DNA of 64,000 nucleotides from PVC group bacterium. GTDB lineage: Bacteria > Omnitrophota > Gorgyraeia > B26-G9. Location of the stretch: NCBI GenBank assembly GCA_024231215.1, contig JAAEQR010000142.1, positions 228,593 through 292,592 of the forward strand, in the 5' to 3' direction. A program made the translations under genes and the position numbers. The notes beneath the pieces are model-generated. The model ran no database searches and was not told the origin of the DNA. It saw only the letters and a list, made by a program, of their open reading frames with translations. Of this stretch, positions 35,607 through 46,624 are shown one piece after another. Positions within the stretch are counted from its first letter, which is position 1. Every line of letters starts with the position of its first letter.

Positions 35607-37451
35607 CTATTTCATAAAAAACGCTGCGCTAAAAGCAACAAGATTCCAGATTAAATGCACAAACATTGCAGGATAGAGACTTCGAGTACGTTCAAAGAGA
35701 CACGCGAAAACAATACCCATGAACGCAATTGGAAGAAGTAAAGTTATCTGCAAGTGAAAAGCTCCAAATAAAATCGCGCTGATTATCACCGCAACTTTTA
35801 TTCCGCTGTACCTTCTTAGACTAGAGAAGATAAAACCGCGAAAGATCATCTCCTCAGCCAATGGGCCTAAAATAACCACGAAAAGAAAAAGCGGCGTTAT
35901 TTGACTCGCCGTCTTAGATGATGAAATAACCTTACTAATGAATTGCCCTTCCGGACTATGGCCGGTTATCGCAAAAAACAAATAAAAATAACAGACATTA
36001 AACAGTAATATTGAACCAACCGCCGTCAAACTCAATCGTATCAACCTGCCGATCTTTACGGCTTTAAATCCAATGTCCTGCAGATTCTGTCTGTTTTTCA
36101 CTAAAACTAAATACATTATATAGCCGCAAAGCAACACGACACTTATAATCTGAGCACAAATAGCCACATTAACCGCATTATTAGAAACCACCTCTGCCTG
36201 AGCAAATACTAAAAACCAGTTTTTATAAAAAAATCCGCCGATAAAGATTCCCACTAATATCGGAAGGATCCCCAAAATAGCGCAGACTAAAAGACTTTCC
36301 TTCAACGTCCAGCGCACATGGGAAAACAAGAGAGTATTATCTTTTATACTTTTCCCTGCGTAATAAGCAAATAAAAATAATAATCCTATAGCTCCAATCG
36401 CTAAAGACAGCAAGATTATTGAAACAATAACTATTGCAATCGCTGCTAATTGTATCTTCTTTACATGCTTCCAAAAACCCGGCATATCCCCCTGCGCACC
36501 GTGCGCAAACGCTAACATCATATTTTTGGGATATATTACAGGCTCTTCATCCGCTATCTTTTCTAATACAGAAACAGCCTCTTTATATTGCGCGGTATTT
36601 AAATAAATACCCGCCAAGTCTAAACGCACCTGATCATCTTCCGGATCCATTCCTAAAACAACATTAAATAATTCTATTGCCTTTTCATATTGCTTATCTT
36701 TTAAATACGATTCCGCTAATAACTGCTCTGCATCGATATCCAACGGATTGTTTTGCTTTGCCTTCTCTAAAAGTTCTAGTGCCTTTAAATATTCTTCCTG
36801 CCTAAACTTTATACATGCTAAGCCATAATCTATTCTGTTATCATTTCGAGCAAAAACCTTGGCTTTTGTAAAATAATATTCAGACTGTTGATAATCAACC
36901 TTGTCATAATACATATTTCCTAAGCCTAAATAAGCCTCTGCATTCTTCGGAGCTTGCTCAATAATTTGTTTGTACAGTCTGATGGCCTCATCAATTCGAC
37001 TCTCCTCATCATACATTCTTGCCAATGTTAACGTTAATTGGACATCATCAGGCGAAGTCTCAGTCGCTTTCTCATATAAAGCAATTGCTTCCGCATAGTC
37101 TCCCATCTTTTCCAAGAGAATACCTAAAGCTTTAATTGCCTCCTTGTGCCGGGGACCTTTATTCAAAATCAACTCGTATTCAGCAATAGCTCTTTCATAT
37201 AATGTATTTCCTGCTAAGGCCTGGGCATACCCCAATCGGTCATGTAGATTATCCGGGTTTTGAGCTAAAACTTTTTTATATTCTACAATCGCCTCATCAT
37301 ATTGTTCATCCTGCAAATACTTGATAGCTGTCAATGACGAACCTTTTAAATACTTAGCATCATTTTTTTCTAACGATGCATAAGAAATCGTCCCTAAAGC
37401 CCCGATTAAACAACAAACTATTATCAAAATGAAATTTCGTCTTTGTATCAT
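35607..37451 (-). CDS. TPR-repeat protein fused to a CPBP (CAAX) family intramembrane metalloprotease
   Basis: About 8 TPR repeats, then a polytopic domain with the EEMIFRG and FGAFHL CPBP motifs. Confidence 0.7.
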   Translation of the reverse strand: MIQRRNFILIIVCCLIGALGTISYASLEKNDAKYLKGSSLTAIKYLQDEQYDEAIVEYKKVLAQNPDNLHDRLGYAQALAGNTLYERAIAEYELILNKGPRHKEAIKALGILLEKMGDYAEAIALYEKATETSPDDVQLTLTLARMYDEESRIDEAIRLYKQIIEQAPKNAEAYLGLGNMYYDKVDYQQSEYYFTKAKVFARNDNRIDYGLACIKFRQEEYLKALELLEKAKQNNPLDIDAEQLLAESYLKDKQYEKAIELFNVVLGMDPEDDQVRLDLAGIYLNTAQYKEAVSVLEKIADEEPVIYPKNMMLAFAHGAQGDMPGFWKHVKKIQLAAIAIVIVSIILLSLAIGAIGLLFLFAYYAGKSIKDNTLLFSHVRWTLKESLLVCAILGILPILVGIFIGGFFYKNWFLVFAQAEVVSNNAVNVAICAQIISVVLLCGYIMYLVLVKNRQNLQDIGFKAVKIGRLIRLSLTAVGSILLFNVCYFYLFFAITGHSPEGQFISKVISSSKTASQITPLFLFVVILGPLAEEMIFRGFIFSSLRRYSGIKVAVIISAILFGAFHLQITLLLPIAFMGIVFACLFERTRSLYPAMFVHLIWNLVAFSAAFFMK

Positions 37452-38209
37452 AAATACCTAACCTTACATAAGCACAAGCCATTTGCCGGAGCTGTGGGCC
37501 CGGCTTTTTTCCTGTCTTTTGCCAATAGTATACGCTTCAAACCGCCTTTGGCTATTTTACCCTGCCCAACTTCAATCAATGTTCCAGCGATGTTTCTGAC
37601 CATATTATAAAGAAAACCATCTGCTTCTATATCTATCGCAATCAAATTATTCTGTTTTTTTACGTTTATTTTCTTTATGGTACGTACTGAACTCCTAAGT
37701 TTTTTATCACTTGCCTGAAAAGATTTAAAATCATGCTTACCCAGTAAAACCTTTGATTCTTTCTGCATCACAGCTACATCCAGAGGCATGGATACATGCA
37801 CTGCGTAATTACGTGTAAACACAGAGCTATAATCTTTATTTAATATAGTATAGCGGTATGTTTTACTTTTAACAGAATATCTTGCGTGAAAATCTAAAGG
37901 AACCTGTTTAATGCTTTTTATCCGGATGTCTTTAGGTAAAAGAGAATTTAAAGCTCTTTTTATTTTTTCCAAAGAAACTTTGGAGTTTGTTTTAAAATTA
38001 GCCGGCTGTTCCCTGGCATGCACACCTGAGTCTGTACGACCTGACCCAATAATGTTAATTTTTTCCTGGAGGATTTCTGTTAAGACTGACTCTATTGTTT
38101 CCTGGACGGTAGTATGACGATGGGGTAAAGAGCTAAGCTTACTCTTCTGAGTCTGCCAGCCATTATACCCTGTTCCGTCATACTCTATTTTAAGTAGAAC
38201 ATTCTTCAT
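37448..38209 (-). CDS. truA: tRNA pseudouridine(38-40) synthase TruA
   Basis: IEYDGTGYNGWQTQ and RTDSGVHA catalytic motif. Confidence 0.9.
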   Translation of the reverse strand: MKNVLLKIEYDGTGYNGWQTQKSKLSSLPHRHTTVQETIESVLTEILQEKINIIGSGRTDSGVHAREQPANFKTNSKVSLEKIKRALNSLLPKDIRIKSIKQVPLDFHARYSVKSKTYRYTILNKDYSSVFTRNYAVHVSMPLDVAVMQKESKVLLGKHDFKSFQASDKKLRSSVRTIKKINVKKQNNLIAIDIEADGFLYNMVRNIAGTLIEVGQGKIAKGGLKRILLAKDRKKAGPTAPANGLCLCKVRYL

Positions 38210-38281
38210 AACACACTCTGCATTATGTTCAATTTTTGAAGAGAACCCCGAAGGATTCCACGAGCATCGCGAAGTGCAATA

Positions 38282-38303
38282 GCCCCCCGCTATAGCGGGG
38301 GGC
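38282..38303. repeat. Perfect 9-bp GC-only hairpin GCCCCCCGC-TATA-GCGGGGGGC
   Basis: Read directly from the asd-truA intergenic region. It stands out in an AT-rich genome. Confidence 0.5.
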
Positions 38304-38357
38304 GTAGCCTGCTGATTTCGATGAAAAAATTGAATATAATGCGAAATTCAAGTTGGT

Positions 38358-39416
38358 TTATCTAAACTTCCCAATCAGGTATTCAGCTATCTGCACAGCG
38401 TTTGCTGCAGCGCCTTTTCTTAAGTTATCGCTAACCACCCAAAGCCAGAGCCCGTTTTTCACAAACGGATCTTTGCGAATACGTCCGACAAATACCGCGT
38501 CACTACCGGAAGACTGTGCCGGCATCGGATACTTGGCTTTTTTAGTATCATCAATAACAACAATCCCCTTGGCTTTACTTAATATTTTTTTGACCTGAGC
38601 CGGAGTTATTGTTTTTTCAGTTTCCAGATAGACTGTCTCAGAATGAGAATTTAAAACCGGAACGCGCACGCAAGTTGCAGAAACTTTTATCTTTTTTGTA
38701 TTAAATATCTTATGTGTCTCATGCACCATCTTCCATTCTTCACTGGTATAATCATCTGCACCAAAGCCCCCGATTTGCGGGATCGCATTGAATACGATTT
38801 GAGACGCCATCGGATCACCTTCTACATTCTTCATGTTCTGTACCGGATTCTTATAAGCTCCAACTAAATCATTTTTCTTAAGCATATACTCAGATTCAGA
38901 CCATAATCTCTGCAAAGCACCTCTGCCGGCACCTGATACAGCCTGATAAGTCGAAACAATAATCCGCTTGATTCCGGCCTTTCTGAAAATCGGCGCAATT
39001 GCCGCTACCATCTGAATCGTCGAACAATTCGGATTAGCAATAATCCCTTTATGTTTTTTAGCGTCTTTACCATTTACTTCCGGCACAATCAACGGCACAT
39101 TTTTCTTCAGACGAAAATCAGCGCCATTATCAATAACTATTGCTCCGCGTTTAACTGCTTCCTGAGCATAGGTAACTGCCGCGCCTTTAGAACCTTCGGT
39201 ACCTGCAAACAAAGCAAAGTCCATATCATTAAAACCATCTGCAGAAATTTTATCTACCTGATAGGTTTTACCGTCAACTTTGATCTTTCTTGCACTGCGG
39301 GCAAGCACTTTCAATTTACCAATCGGGAATTTATGCTGACTTAAAACCCGGAGCATTTCCACTCCAACCGCACCAACCCCGACTACTGCTACATTGTATT
39401 TTTGTTTTTTCTTCAT
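38358..39416 (-). CDS. asd: Aspartate-semialdehyde dehydrogenase
   Basis: NVAVVGVGAVG Rossmann start, active-site Cys region. 352 aa. Confidence 0.9.
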   Translation of the reverse strand: MKKKQKYNVAVVGVGAVGVEMLRVLSQHKFPIGKLKVLARSARKIKVDGKTYQVDKISADGFNDMDFALFAGTEGSKGAAVTYAQEAVKRGAIVIDNGADFRLKKNVPLIVPEVNGKDAKKHKGIIANPNCSTIQMVAAIAPIFRKAGIKRIIVSTYQAVSGAGRGALQRLWSESEYMLKKNDLVGAYKNPVQNMKNVEGDPMASQIVFNAIPQIGGFGADDYTSEEWKMVHETHKIFNTKKIKVSATCVRVPVLNSHSETVYLETEKTITPAQVKKILSKAKGIVVIDDTKKAKYPMPAQSSGSDAVFVGRIRKDPFVKNGLWLWVVSDNLRKGAAANAVQIAEYLIGKFR

Positions 39417-39429
39417 AATTAGATCTTCC

Positions 39430-40494
39430 TTATGCTTTTAAATTTGCCACTACCATATCTCCCACTTCTGATGTGGAATATCCCATTGTCTTAGCACCAA
39501 GACTCTTTAAATCATTCTTTACAATTTTAATAACCGCATCTTCAACATTTTTTGCCGCAGCGTCTTCACCGAGTGTTTCCAGTAACATTGAAAGCGCACA
39601 AACTGCCGCTAATGGATTAATCACATTCATCCCTGTATATTTAGGCGCAGACCCACCGATCGGCTCAAACATAGAAACTCCCTCTGGATTAATATTTCCA
39701 CCCGCTGCAATACCCATACCCCCCTGGACCATTGCGCCCAAGTCAGTAATGATATCACCGAACATATTGTCTGTGACAATAACATCAAACCATTCCGGAT
39801 TTTTCACAAACCACATTGTAGTCGCATCAACATGTGCATAATCAGTTTTAATATCAGGATATTCTTTGGCAACTTCTTCAAACGTTCTCTGCCACAAATC
39901 CCAGGCATAAGTTAAAACATTTGTCTTACCGCAAAGCGTAAGAGTTTTCCTTTTATTACGTTTACGGGTATATTCAAATGCATACCGAATACAGCGTTCC
40001 ACACCTTTGCGGGTATTATATGAAATCTGAGTCGCAACTTCATCTTTTGTACCCTTATCTTTAAATTCTCCCATGCCTTTGTATAAACCTTCTGAGTTTT
40101 CACGAACTACAACAAAGTCTACATCCTCTTCGTTCTTATCTTTTAACGGACAGAAATCTTTATTATATAATTTCACCGGGCGCAGATTAATATACTGGTC
40201 CAAAGCAAATCGTGTTTTTAAAAGTATACCCTTCTCTAGAATTCCCGGTTTTACATCCGGATGTCCAATCGCGCCTAAGTAAATCGTATCAAACTTTCTC
40301 AAGCCTTCTACTTCTTCATCGGTTAAAACCGTACCTGTCTCTATATAACGATCTCCACCGTAATTAAACGTAGTCGTTTCATATTCAAACCCGTGTATTT
40401 TACTAACTTTCTCCAATACCTTCAGCCCTTCAACTACAACTTCCGGACCAGTTCCATCCCCAGGAATAACTGCGATATTATACATTAAATCCAC
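39430..40494 (-). CDS. leuB: 3-isopropylmalate dehydrogenase
   Basis: IAVIPGDGTGPEV start, isocitrate/IPM dehydrogenase fold. Adjacent to leuCD. Confidence 0.8.
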   Translation of the reverse strand: MDLMYNIAVIPGDGTGPEVVVEGLKVLEKVSKIHGFEYETTTFNYGGDRYIETGTVLTDEEVEGLRKFDTIYLGAIGHPDVKPGILEKGILLKTRFALDQYINLRPVKLYNKDFCPLKDKNEEDVDFVVVRENSEGLYKGMGEFKDKGTKDEVATQISYNTRKGVERCIRYAFEYTRKRNKRKTLTLCGKTNVLTYAWDLWQRTFEEVAKEYPDIKTDYAHVDATTMWFVKNPEWFDVIVTDNMFGDIITDLGAMVQGGMGIAAGGNINPEGVSMFEPIGGSAPKYTGMNVINPLAAVCALSMLLETLGEDAAAKNVEDAVIKIVKNDLKSLGAKTMGYSTSEVGDMVVANLKA

Positions 40495-40509
40495 CTTTCT
40501 TTTTCGTTA

Positions 40510-41031
40510 TTATTTCTTCTTGCGCTTCGCCTTGTTCGCGGAACCCTTCGGGTTTTTAATCCAATTCAGTAATCCACCGTTATTTACAATCTCCTGCATA
40601 AAATCCGCAAACTTGTCTGTCTTATATTCTTTCTTACGGGTCAGGTTATAAATCACACCTTTATTCACATCAACTTCGATCTTATCACCTGTTTTCATAT
40701 CCCGCGCTGCTGCTTTACTGACTAAAATAGGCAGTCCAATATTAATTGCATTGCGGTAAAAAATACGTGCAAAGCTTTCGGCTATCACACAAGATATCCC
40801 GCAACCTTTGATTGCAATCGGCGCATGTTCTCTGGATGATCCGCACCCAAAATTTTTTCGAGCCACAATACAATCTCCCTTTGAGATCTTCTTTGAAAAC
40901 TTAGCATCAATATCTTCCATACAATGACTACCCAGCTCTTTGGCATCAAACGTGTTCAGATAACGCGCCGCAACAATCTCATCTGTATTGATATTATCAC
41001 CAAACTTCCAAGCATTACCTTTTAGTTTCAT
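40510..41031 (-). CDS. leuD: 3-isopropylmalate dehydratase small subunit
   Basis: Aconitase swivel domain, 173 aa. Confidence 0.85.
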   Translation of the reverse strand: MKLKGNAWKFGDNINTDEIVAARYLNTFDAKELGSHCMEDIDAKFSKKISKGDCIVARKNFGCGSSREHAPIAIKGCGISCVIAESFARIFYRNAINIGLPILVSKAAARDMKTGDKIEVDVNKGVIYNLTRKKEYKTDKFADFMQEIVNNGGLLNWIKNPKGSANKAKRKKK

Positions 41032-41092
41032 CGATCTATTCCCTCTCTTTTATTTCTTCGTAATTCTTCTTTTCTTACTTATAGCTTAAAGC

Positions 41093-42373
41093 TTACAGCT
41101 TATTTGGATGTATTACTTTACCGGCAACCGCACTTGCCGCAGCAACCGCAGGATTACTTAAAATCACTTCACTCTCCGGATGCCCCATACGTCCAACAAA
41201 ATTTCGGTTTGTTGTAGCAATAGCCCGTTCTCCTTTAGCGAGAATACCCATATGTCCGCCCAGACAAGGCCCGCAAGTCGGAGTAGAAACTACAGCTTCT
41301 GCTTTTACAAAAATATCCAACAAACCTTCTTTCATTGCCTGTCTATATATTGCTTGTGTTGCCGGGAAAATAATACAACGTACTTCCGGATGAACTTTCC
41401 TGCCTTTAAGTATTTTCGCCGCAACCCGCAAATCAGAAATCCGGCCGTTAGTACAAGACCCGATAACCGACTGGTCAATCTTCATTGTTTTAAGTTTACT
41501 AACTGCCTTTGTATTACTCGGCAGATGCGGTAATGACACTTGCGGTTCTATTTTAGAAACATCAATTTCAATCGTTGTTTCATATTCAGCGTCCTTATCA
41601 CTTTTTAAATAATCAAAATTAGCCGGCAATTTACCTTTTGCCGCAAACTTATGAGATCTTACATACTCCATAGTAATTTCATCCGGCTCAATTAATCCAG
41701 CTTTACCACCTGCTTCAATCGCCATATTCGACATTGTAAACCGCTCATCAATCGGCAAACGCTTGATCACCGGCCCGGCAAATTCCATCGATTTGTATAA
41801 AGCACCGTCTACACCAATCTTTCCGATTGTATACAAAATCAAATCTTTCCCGGTAACCCATTTATTTTTTTTACCTTTATAGATAAACCTCATTGTTTCC
41901 GGTACACGAAACCAGGCATGACCGGTAGCCCAGCAAGCCGCCAGGTCAGTTGAACCCATACCAGTTGCAAAAGCACCTAATGCCCCATATGTGCACGTAT
42001 GAGAATCTGCTCCGATAATCAGCTCTCCCGGACGCACTATTCCAAGTTCCGGTAAAAGTGCATGTTCAATACCCATTCTGCCAACTTCATAATAATGAAC
42101 TATTTTCTGCTCCCGGGCAAATTCTCTTAAAGCTTTTGCCTGTTCGGCGCTTTTAATATCTTTAGCCGGGGTAAAATGATCCGGCACAAGCACAATTTTT
42201 TTACGATCGTAAACTTTTTTAACCCCAATCTTTTTAAATTGGTCAATCGCAATCGGCGCAGTAATATCATTCCCCAGTGCTACATCTACCTTGGCGTAGA
42301 CAAAATCACCGGCTTTTACTTTCTTTCCTTTAATATGCTTATTAAATATTTTCTCTGCAATCGTATAGCCCAT
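41093..42373 (-). CDS. leuC: 3-isopropylmalate dehydratase large subunit
   Basis: Aconitase-family catalytic domain with Fe-S cysteines. 426 aa. Confidence 0.9.
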   Translation of the reverse strand: MGYTIAEKIFNKHIKGKKVKAGDFVYAKVDVALGNDITAPIAIDQFKKIGVKKVYDRKKIVLVPDHFTPAKDIKSAEQAKALREFAREQKIVHYYEVGRMGIEHALLPELGIVRPGELIIGADSHTCTYGALGAFATGMGSTDLAACWATGHAWFRVPETMRFIYKGKKNKWVTGKDLILYTIGKIGVDGALYKSMEFAGPVIKRLPIDERFTMSNMAIEAGGKAGLIEPDEITMEYVRSHKFAAKGKLPANFDYLKSDKDAEYETTIEIDVSKIEPQVSLPHLPSNTKAVSKLKTMKIDQSVIGSCTNGRISDLRVAAKILKGRKVHPEVRCIIFPATQAIYRQAMKEGLLDIFVKAEAVVSTPTCGPCLGGHMGILAKGERAIATTNRNFVGRMGHPESEVILSNPAVAAASAVAGKVIHPNKL

Positions 42374-42384
42374 TATTTCACTCC

Positions 42385-42834
42385 TTATAAATTTCGTATC
42401 ATCGCCTCTTCAGAACAATCCGGAAATTTAACACACTCCACACACTCTGTCCATATTTTATGAGGAAGTGTTGCTTTGTCCGTAATTTTAAAACCTAGTT
42501 TTTCAAAAAATTTTGTTTGATACGTAAGTAAAAAAACTTTTTTTATTTTCAACTGTTCAGCTTCTTCCAAACAATAAGCAACCAATTTTTTTCCAATCCC
42601 TTGCCCCTGACTAGAATCAACAACTGTAAGCGATCTTATTTCAGCTAAGTCTTCCCAGGTTACGTGTAGCGCACAACAGCCATAAAGTTCTCCGTCTTGT
42701 TCATGCACAGCAAAATCACGAATGTTCTCATAAATGCTGTTTAAAGATCTCGGCAAAACCTGGCCTTTATCCGCAAAAGCATTTACCAGTTTCTGGATAC
42801 GAACCACATCGTTAATTTCAGCTTTTCTGATCAT
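42385..42834 (-). CDS. GNAT family N-acetyltransferase (ArgA C-terminal-domain-like)
   Basis: Start MIRKAEINDV. GNAT motif QGQGIGKKLV. Resembles the N-acetylglutamate synthase acetyltransferase domain. Confidence 0.65.
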   Translation of the reverse strand: MIRKAEINDVVRIQKLVNAFADKGQVLPRSLNSIYENIRDFAVHEQDGELYGCCALHVTWEDLAEIRSLTVVDSSQGQGIGKKLVAYCLEEAEQLKIKKVFLLTYQTKFFEKLGFKITDKATLPHKIWTECVECVKFPDCSEEAMIRNL

Positions 42835-42851
42835 CGCTATATACCTTTTCT

Positions 42852-43259
42852 TTATATGACTATCTCTACCGCACGGTACGGACACAAAGTTACACATAAT
42901 CCACAAGCGATACATTTATTCTTATTAAATTCAATCTGCATAGTATCCCTATTTACAACAAATACCCCAGTAGGACAAACTGTTACACACTTTGTACAAT
43001 GCGTACATTTCTGCTCATCCCATTTAATATCCTGAATTAAGGGTTCAATCTCTATTCCAACCTTTTTTAAATAAGCCAGCCCATTTTCCAAGTTCTGCTT
43101 TTGCCCCTCGATCTCTAAGACCAATACACCAAGCTCATTCGGAGTGATATTAGCTTTCAGGATATTCACAATTAAATCGTACTCTTTAATTAAAGAATAC
43201 GTTATCGGTTTATCCAAGAGATCATGCGGAAATGTTAAAACAATTCTCTTTTTACCCAT
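42852..43259 (-). CDS. NIL domain fused to a 2x[4Fe-4S] ferredoxin
   Basis: N-terminal NIL-like domain. Two CxxCxxCxxxCP motifs (CTHCTKCVTVCP; CIACGLCVTLCP). Confidence 0.7.
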   Translation of the reverse strand: MGKKRIVLTFPHDLLDKPITYSLIKEYDLIVNILKANITPNELGVLVLEIEGQKQNLENGLAYLKKVGIEIEPLIQDIKWDEQKCTHCTKCVTVCPTGVFVVNRDTMQIEFNKNKCIACGLCVTLCPYRAVEIVI

Positions 43260-43263
43260 AACG

Positions 43264-43809
43264 TCATTCCTCCTTCACAAGTACTGTTTCCACGGCATCC
43301 AGTAAATCCAATGCAATAGAATCAGGCTTTACCTCAAAATTATCTACAGCTTCTCTATTTTTAGTATTACCGGAAAGAACTAAAATAGTTCTATAACCCA
43401 ATTTTTTCCCGGCTACAATATCCCGCTCACTATCCCCGATAACAATCACTTTCTCTTTATCAATCTTTCTGCCGGCAATAGCCTGCTCATATAGTCCTGT
43501 TTTCGGTTTGCGACAGTTGCAATTATCTTCGTCCCGATGCAGGCAATAATATACTGCTTTTATCTGCCCGCCTGCTTCCTCTATCTTTGTCAGCATATTC
43601 CGAGTAATTCTATCTAATTCTGCCTTTGTGTAAATCCCTTTAGCTACTCCTGCCTGATTAGAGACTATATTTATTTCAAGTCCAGACTCTGAAAGACGAC
43701 GAATAGCCTCCAAAGATCGAGGCAAAAACTCAAAACCTTCCCAGGAAGAAACATACTGCCCTTTAACATTTTTATTGATTACTCCGTCTCTATCTAAGAG
43801 AATTATCAT
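43264..43809 (-). CDS. gmhB: D,D-heptose 1,7-bisphosphate phosphatase (HAD-IIIA)
   Basis: DRDGVIN motif, CxC...C zinc motif (CNCRKPK). Confidence 0.7.
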   Translation of the reverse strand: MIILLDRDGVINKNVKGQYVSSWEGFEFLPRSLEAIRRLSESGLEINIVSNQAGVAKGIYTKAELDRITRNMLTKIEEAGGQIKAVYYCLHRDEDNCNCRKPKTGLYEQAIAGRKIDKEKVIVIGDSERDIVAGKKLGYRTILVLSGNTKNREAVDNFEVKPDSIALDLLDAVETVLVKEE

Positions 43810-43847
43810 AGCTTTCCTTATATAAATATTTAAGCAGTTATTATATA

Positions 43848-45401
43848 TTAAGGGCCTTCATTTGTCAAACCAGCCGCCTCAGAGCTCCCCCGATAGAACA
43901 AAAGACCAAACACCCCTACCAAAAAAGAATAATACATAATAAGATTATGGATAGAAATATCAGGAATATTATAATATGCTCCGGGGATAAGTAAAAACCC
44001 GGAATTCAGTTTATAAAGCATTGTAATGAAGAATTCACAGCTTAAAGCTAAAGATCCCGCCAGTATCGAAATCAACCCTCCTAAGAAAATGAACAAAAAA
44101 CTGCTAGCCACAATAACAAATAACAGCGGTACAATAAACAAATTAGCCAATATTGCAATCGGAGTAATAATATTAAAATAATACGCAATTATTCCCAATG
44201 TCCCCAACCACGCGGATATTGACACACTAATGCTTCCAATTAAATATTTTCCGCATTTATTCTCCAGAATCTGCTTTGGGAAAATCCCCATGATCTTTGG
44301 GCTGAATATAAAAATAGCTAGCACACTTATAAACGATAATTGAAAACCAAGATCAAATATCTGCTGCGGCGCAAACCACAGGATTATCAATGCAGCTAAA
44401 CTTAAAGCACTGTACGGATCATAGTCACGCCCAATAAGAACACTTATTAAAAACGTAACCGCCATTAGTGTCGCCCGGACAACTGAAGTGCGGCCGCCGG
44501 TAAGCATACAATAAAAAATTAGAATAATAATCGAAAGTAAATACCTGGCCTTAAATGGAATCTGCATCATTTTTAAAATCAATATTACAATCAAAGCCAC
44601 AATTCCCACATGCAGTCCGGAAACTGCCAGAATATGTACTGTTCCCGTACGCTTTAAAGCTTCGTTGAAAAATTTCGGAGCATCCCCGCGCTGACCTAAA
44701 ATCATCGCCTTCATCACTCCGCTTGCCGGCCCGGACATATGAGTATCTATAAAACCCTCTGCTTTATTCTGGATATAAAATGCCAGGCGCTTTACGGGAT
44801 TGCCCAAGTTATGTCCTGTATATTCTATTTTTCCTTTTTTACTAACACTTAAAATCGAAAATATCCTCTGCTTTTTCAGATAAGCGCGATAATTAAATCC
44901 GTCTTCCCCAGGAAAGCTAAACGGCCGATACAACTTTCCCATTAAAACAACCTCCTGCCCGTATATGATTTCCGAGTCCTGATAAAGATTTACCAAAACC
45001 TTACCTTGGACACGGGCAGAGGTAAGCCCGGCCCCTACATCTTTTCTGATTAATTCATTACACTGAAAAACAAAAACCCCTTTATTCTTCTTCTGAATTG
45101 GTTCAGAAACAACTACACCCTTAACCTGAACATACTTCCCTTTATATGGAGTTAAATTATTGATGTGATTTTTAGGCAGAATCTGAGCATTAATAAAATG
45201 ACAATACCCCAAATAGAAACAACTTAAGGCAAGAAAAACAACGAACAATTTTCTCTGACGCATAGTAAGCAACGCACTCAGGCAGGAAAAAAACAAACAT
45301 ACATAGCAAAATAAAAGACTAATTCCGACCAACGATGCGGCAAGAATCCCGAAGATAAAAGATATGCAGATTAATATAAGCGGACGATTGAATACAAACA
45401 T
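43848..45401 (-). CDS. comEC: ComEC/Rec2 family DNA internalisation channel (no beta-lactamase-fold nuclease domain)
   Basis: DUF4131-like OB region plus competence TM domain. At 517 aa, it ends before the usual C-terminal metallo-beta-lactamase domain. Confidence 0.75.
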   Translation of the reverse strand: MFVFNRPLILICISFIFGILAASLVGISLLFCYVCLFFSCLSALLTMRQRKLFVVFLALSCFYLGYCHFINAQILPKNHINNLTPYKGKYVQVKGVVVSEPIQKKNKGVFVFQCNELIRKDVGAGLTSARVQGKVLVNLYQDSEIIYGQEVVLMGKLYRPFSFPGEDGFNYRAYLKKQRIFSILSVSKKGKIEYTGHNLGNPVKRLAFYIQNKAEGFIDTHMSGPASGVMKAMILGQRGDAPKFFNEALKRTGTVHILAVSGLHVGIVALIVILILKMMQIPFKARYLLSIIILIFYCMLTGGRTSVVRATLMAVTFLISVLIGRDYDPYSALSLAALIILWFAPQQIFDLGFQLSFISVLAIFIFSPKIMGIFPKQILENKCGKYLIGSISVSISAWLGTLGIIAYYFNIITPIAILANLFIVPLLFVIVASSFLFIFLGGLISILAGSLALSCEFFITMLYKLNSGFLLIPGAYYNIPDISIHNLIMYYSFLVGVFGLLFYRGSSEAAGLTNEGP

Positions 45402-45407
45402 TCTTTG

Positions 45408-46568
45408 TTAAAACTTCGTCTCCAGCTGTATAACTATTTCATTGTTTTTCACATCACTACCACCGGTCTTCTCAGCATTTATCGAATATTCTGTCTTTAG
45501 CTTTATATTTTCAGCCACATTCGTAATTAAAGCAATCGTTAACTCTTCTCTATCCCATGTCGTCGGCAACGCAACCACTCGTGATGTATTTACATTATAA
45601 GCCCCATATCGAACTAATAATTCATGGCTTTTGCAATGTTTCCAATCAAGCGGCAGATCAAATTTGTATGAGGGCTGTAAAATCCATGCATTCCTTTTTA
45701 ATTTTCCATCCACAGAAGCAATGTACTGGCTAATAAACGTAAACTCTTTTAAAAAATACGTTAAATTCACCCCATTGCGCTGCTGCTTATCATCATTGGA
45801 TGTATACCCGTTTACATTAGCCTGAAGAAAAGTAATATCCGCTAAACTTAATTTATCTAAATATGAAAATCCTAAAACATCAATAGATCCTATCTGTTCT
45901 AAATCCTGCTTTACTCCTAAGCCAAGACCCAGCTCTCTAATTCCTACATAGTTATCACTTTTCATATTGTCATGAATGATTTTATATGAGCTGTCTTCTC
46001 CTACTTGTTTAGTGTTCAGCTCTTGTCCATGGGTTAAAGAAGCGATCCCATAAAAAGAATCCTGTTCTGTTTTCCACATGATCCCCATAGATCCATCCCG
46101 CCAAAAACCATTACCCGCTAAACAATGTTTTTCTGTTTTGCGGTCTATTTCAATAAATCTATAAAAATATCCAGTTCTTAGACGGGAATTTAACGGCAGA
46201 TTAATAAAGTCTAAATAGGCCTCTGCAACTGATGCCCCATCTGTAGTGAATTCAATATTGCCATAGAAATTTATATTTTCTTCCAGATAAACTGTCGGCG
46301 CCAGCGCAAACTTATCAACCTGGAAATGCGCTTTCGTCTCGTCAATCGAAGCATCTGATTGAGTATCCACAAATTCCAGCTCTAATTCTCCTGATAATTT
46401 CCACAACAGCCCTTTCTTAGTTAGGGATCCGCCTTTGCCTATCTGCTCTTCAAGCTTCAAAACTCTTTCTTTTAAGTCTTTCAATTCATCCGCCTGCACT
46501 CCAGCAGCAACTCCTCCCATAACATAAATAAATCCCACAAATAAAATAATTATCTTTGTTTTTCTCAC
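45408..46568 (-). CDS. Putative outer-membrane beta-barrel protein (porin-like)
   Basis: Signal peptide, N-terminal short coiled coil, alternating hydrophobic beta-strand pattern, C-terminal ...ETKF with terminal Phe. Confidence 0.4.
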   Translation of the reverse strand: MRKTKIIILFVGFIYVMGGVAAGVQADELKDLKERVLKLEEQIGKGGSLTKKGLLWKLSGELELEFVDTQSDASIDETKAHFQVDKFALAPTVYLEENINFYGNIEFTTDGASVAEAYLDFINLPLNSRLRTGYFYRFIEIDRKTEKHCLAGNGFWRDGSMGIMWKTEQDSFYGIASLTHGQELNTKQVGEDSSYKIIHDNMKSDNYVGIRELGLGLGVKQDLEQIGSIDVLGFSYLDKLSLADITFLQANVNGYTSNDDKQQRNGVNLTYFLKEFTFISQYIASVDGKLKRNAWILQPSYKFDLPLDWKHCKSHELLVRYGAYNVNTSRVVALPTTWDREELTIALITNVAENIKLKTEYSINAEKTGGSDVKNNEIVIQLETKF

Positions 46569-46624
46569 TTTTTTGCCCCTTTCTTTTTTCTTTATTTATC
46601 TCCATTTTTACATCTTAACTCAAC

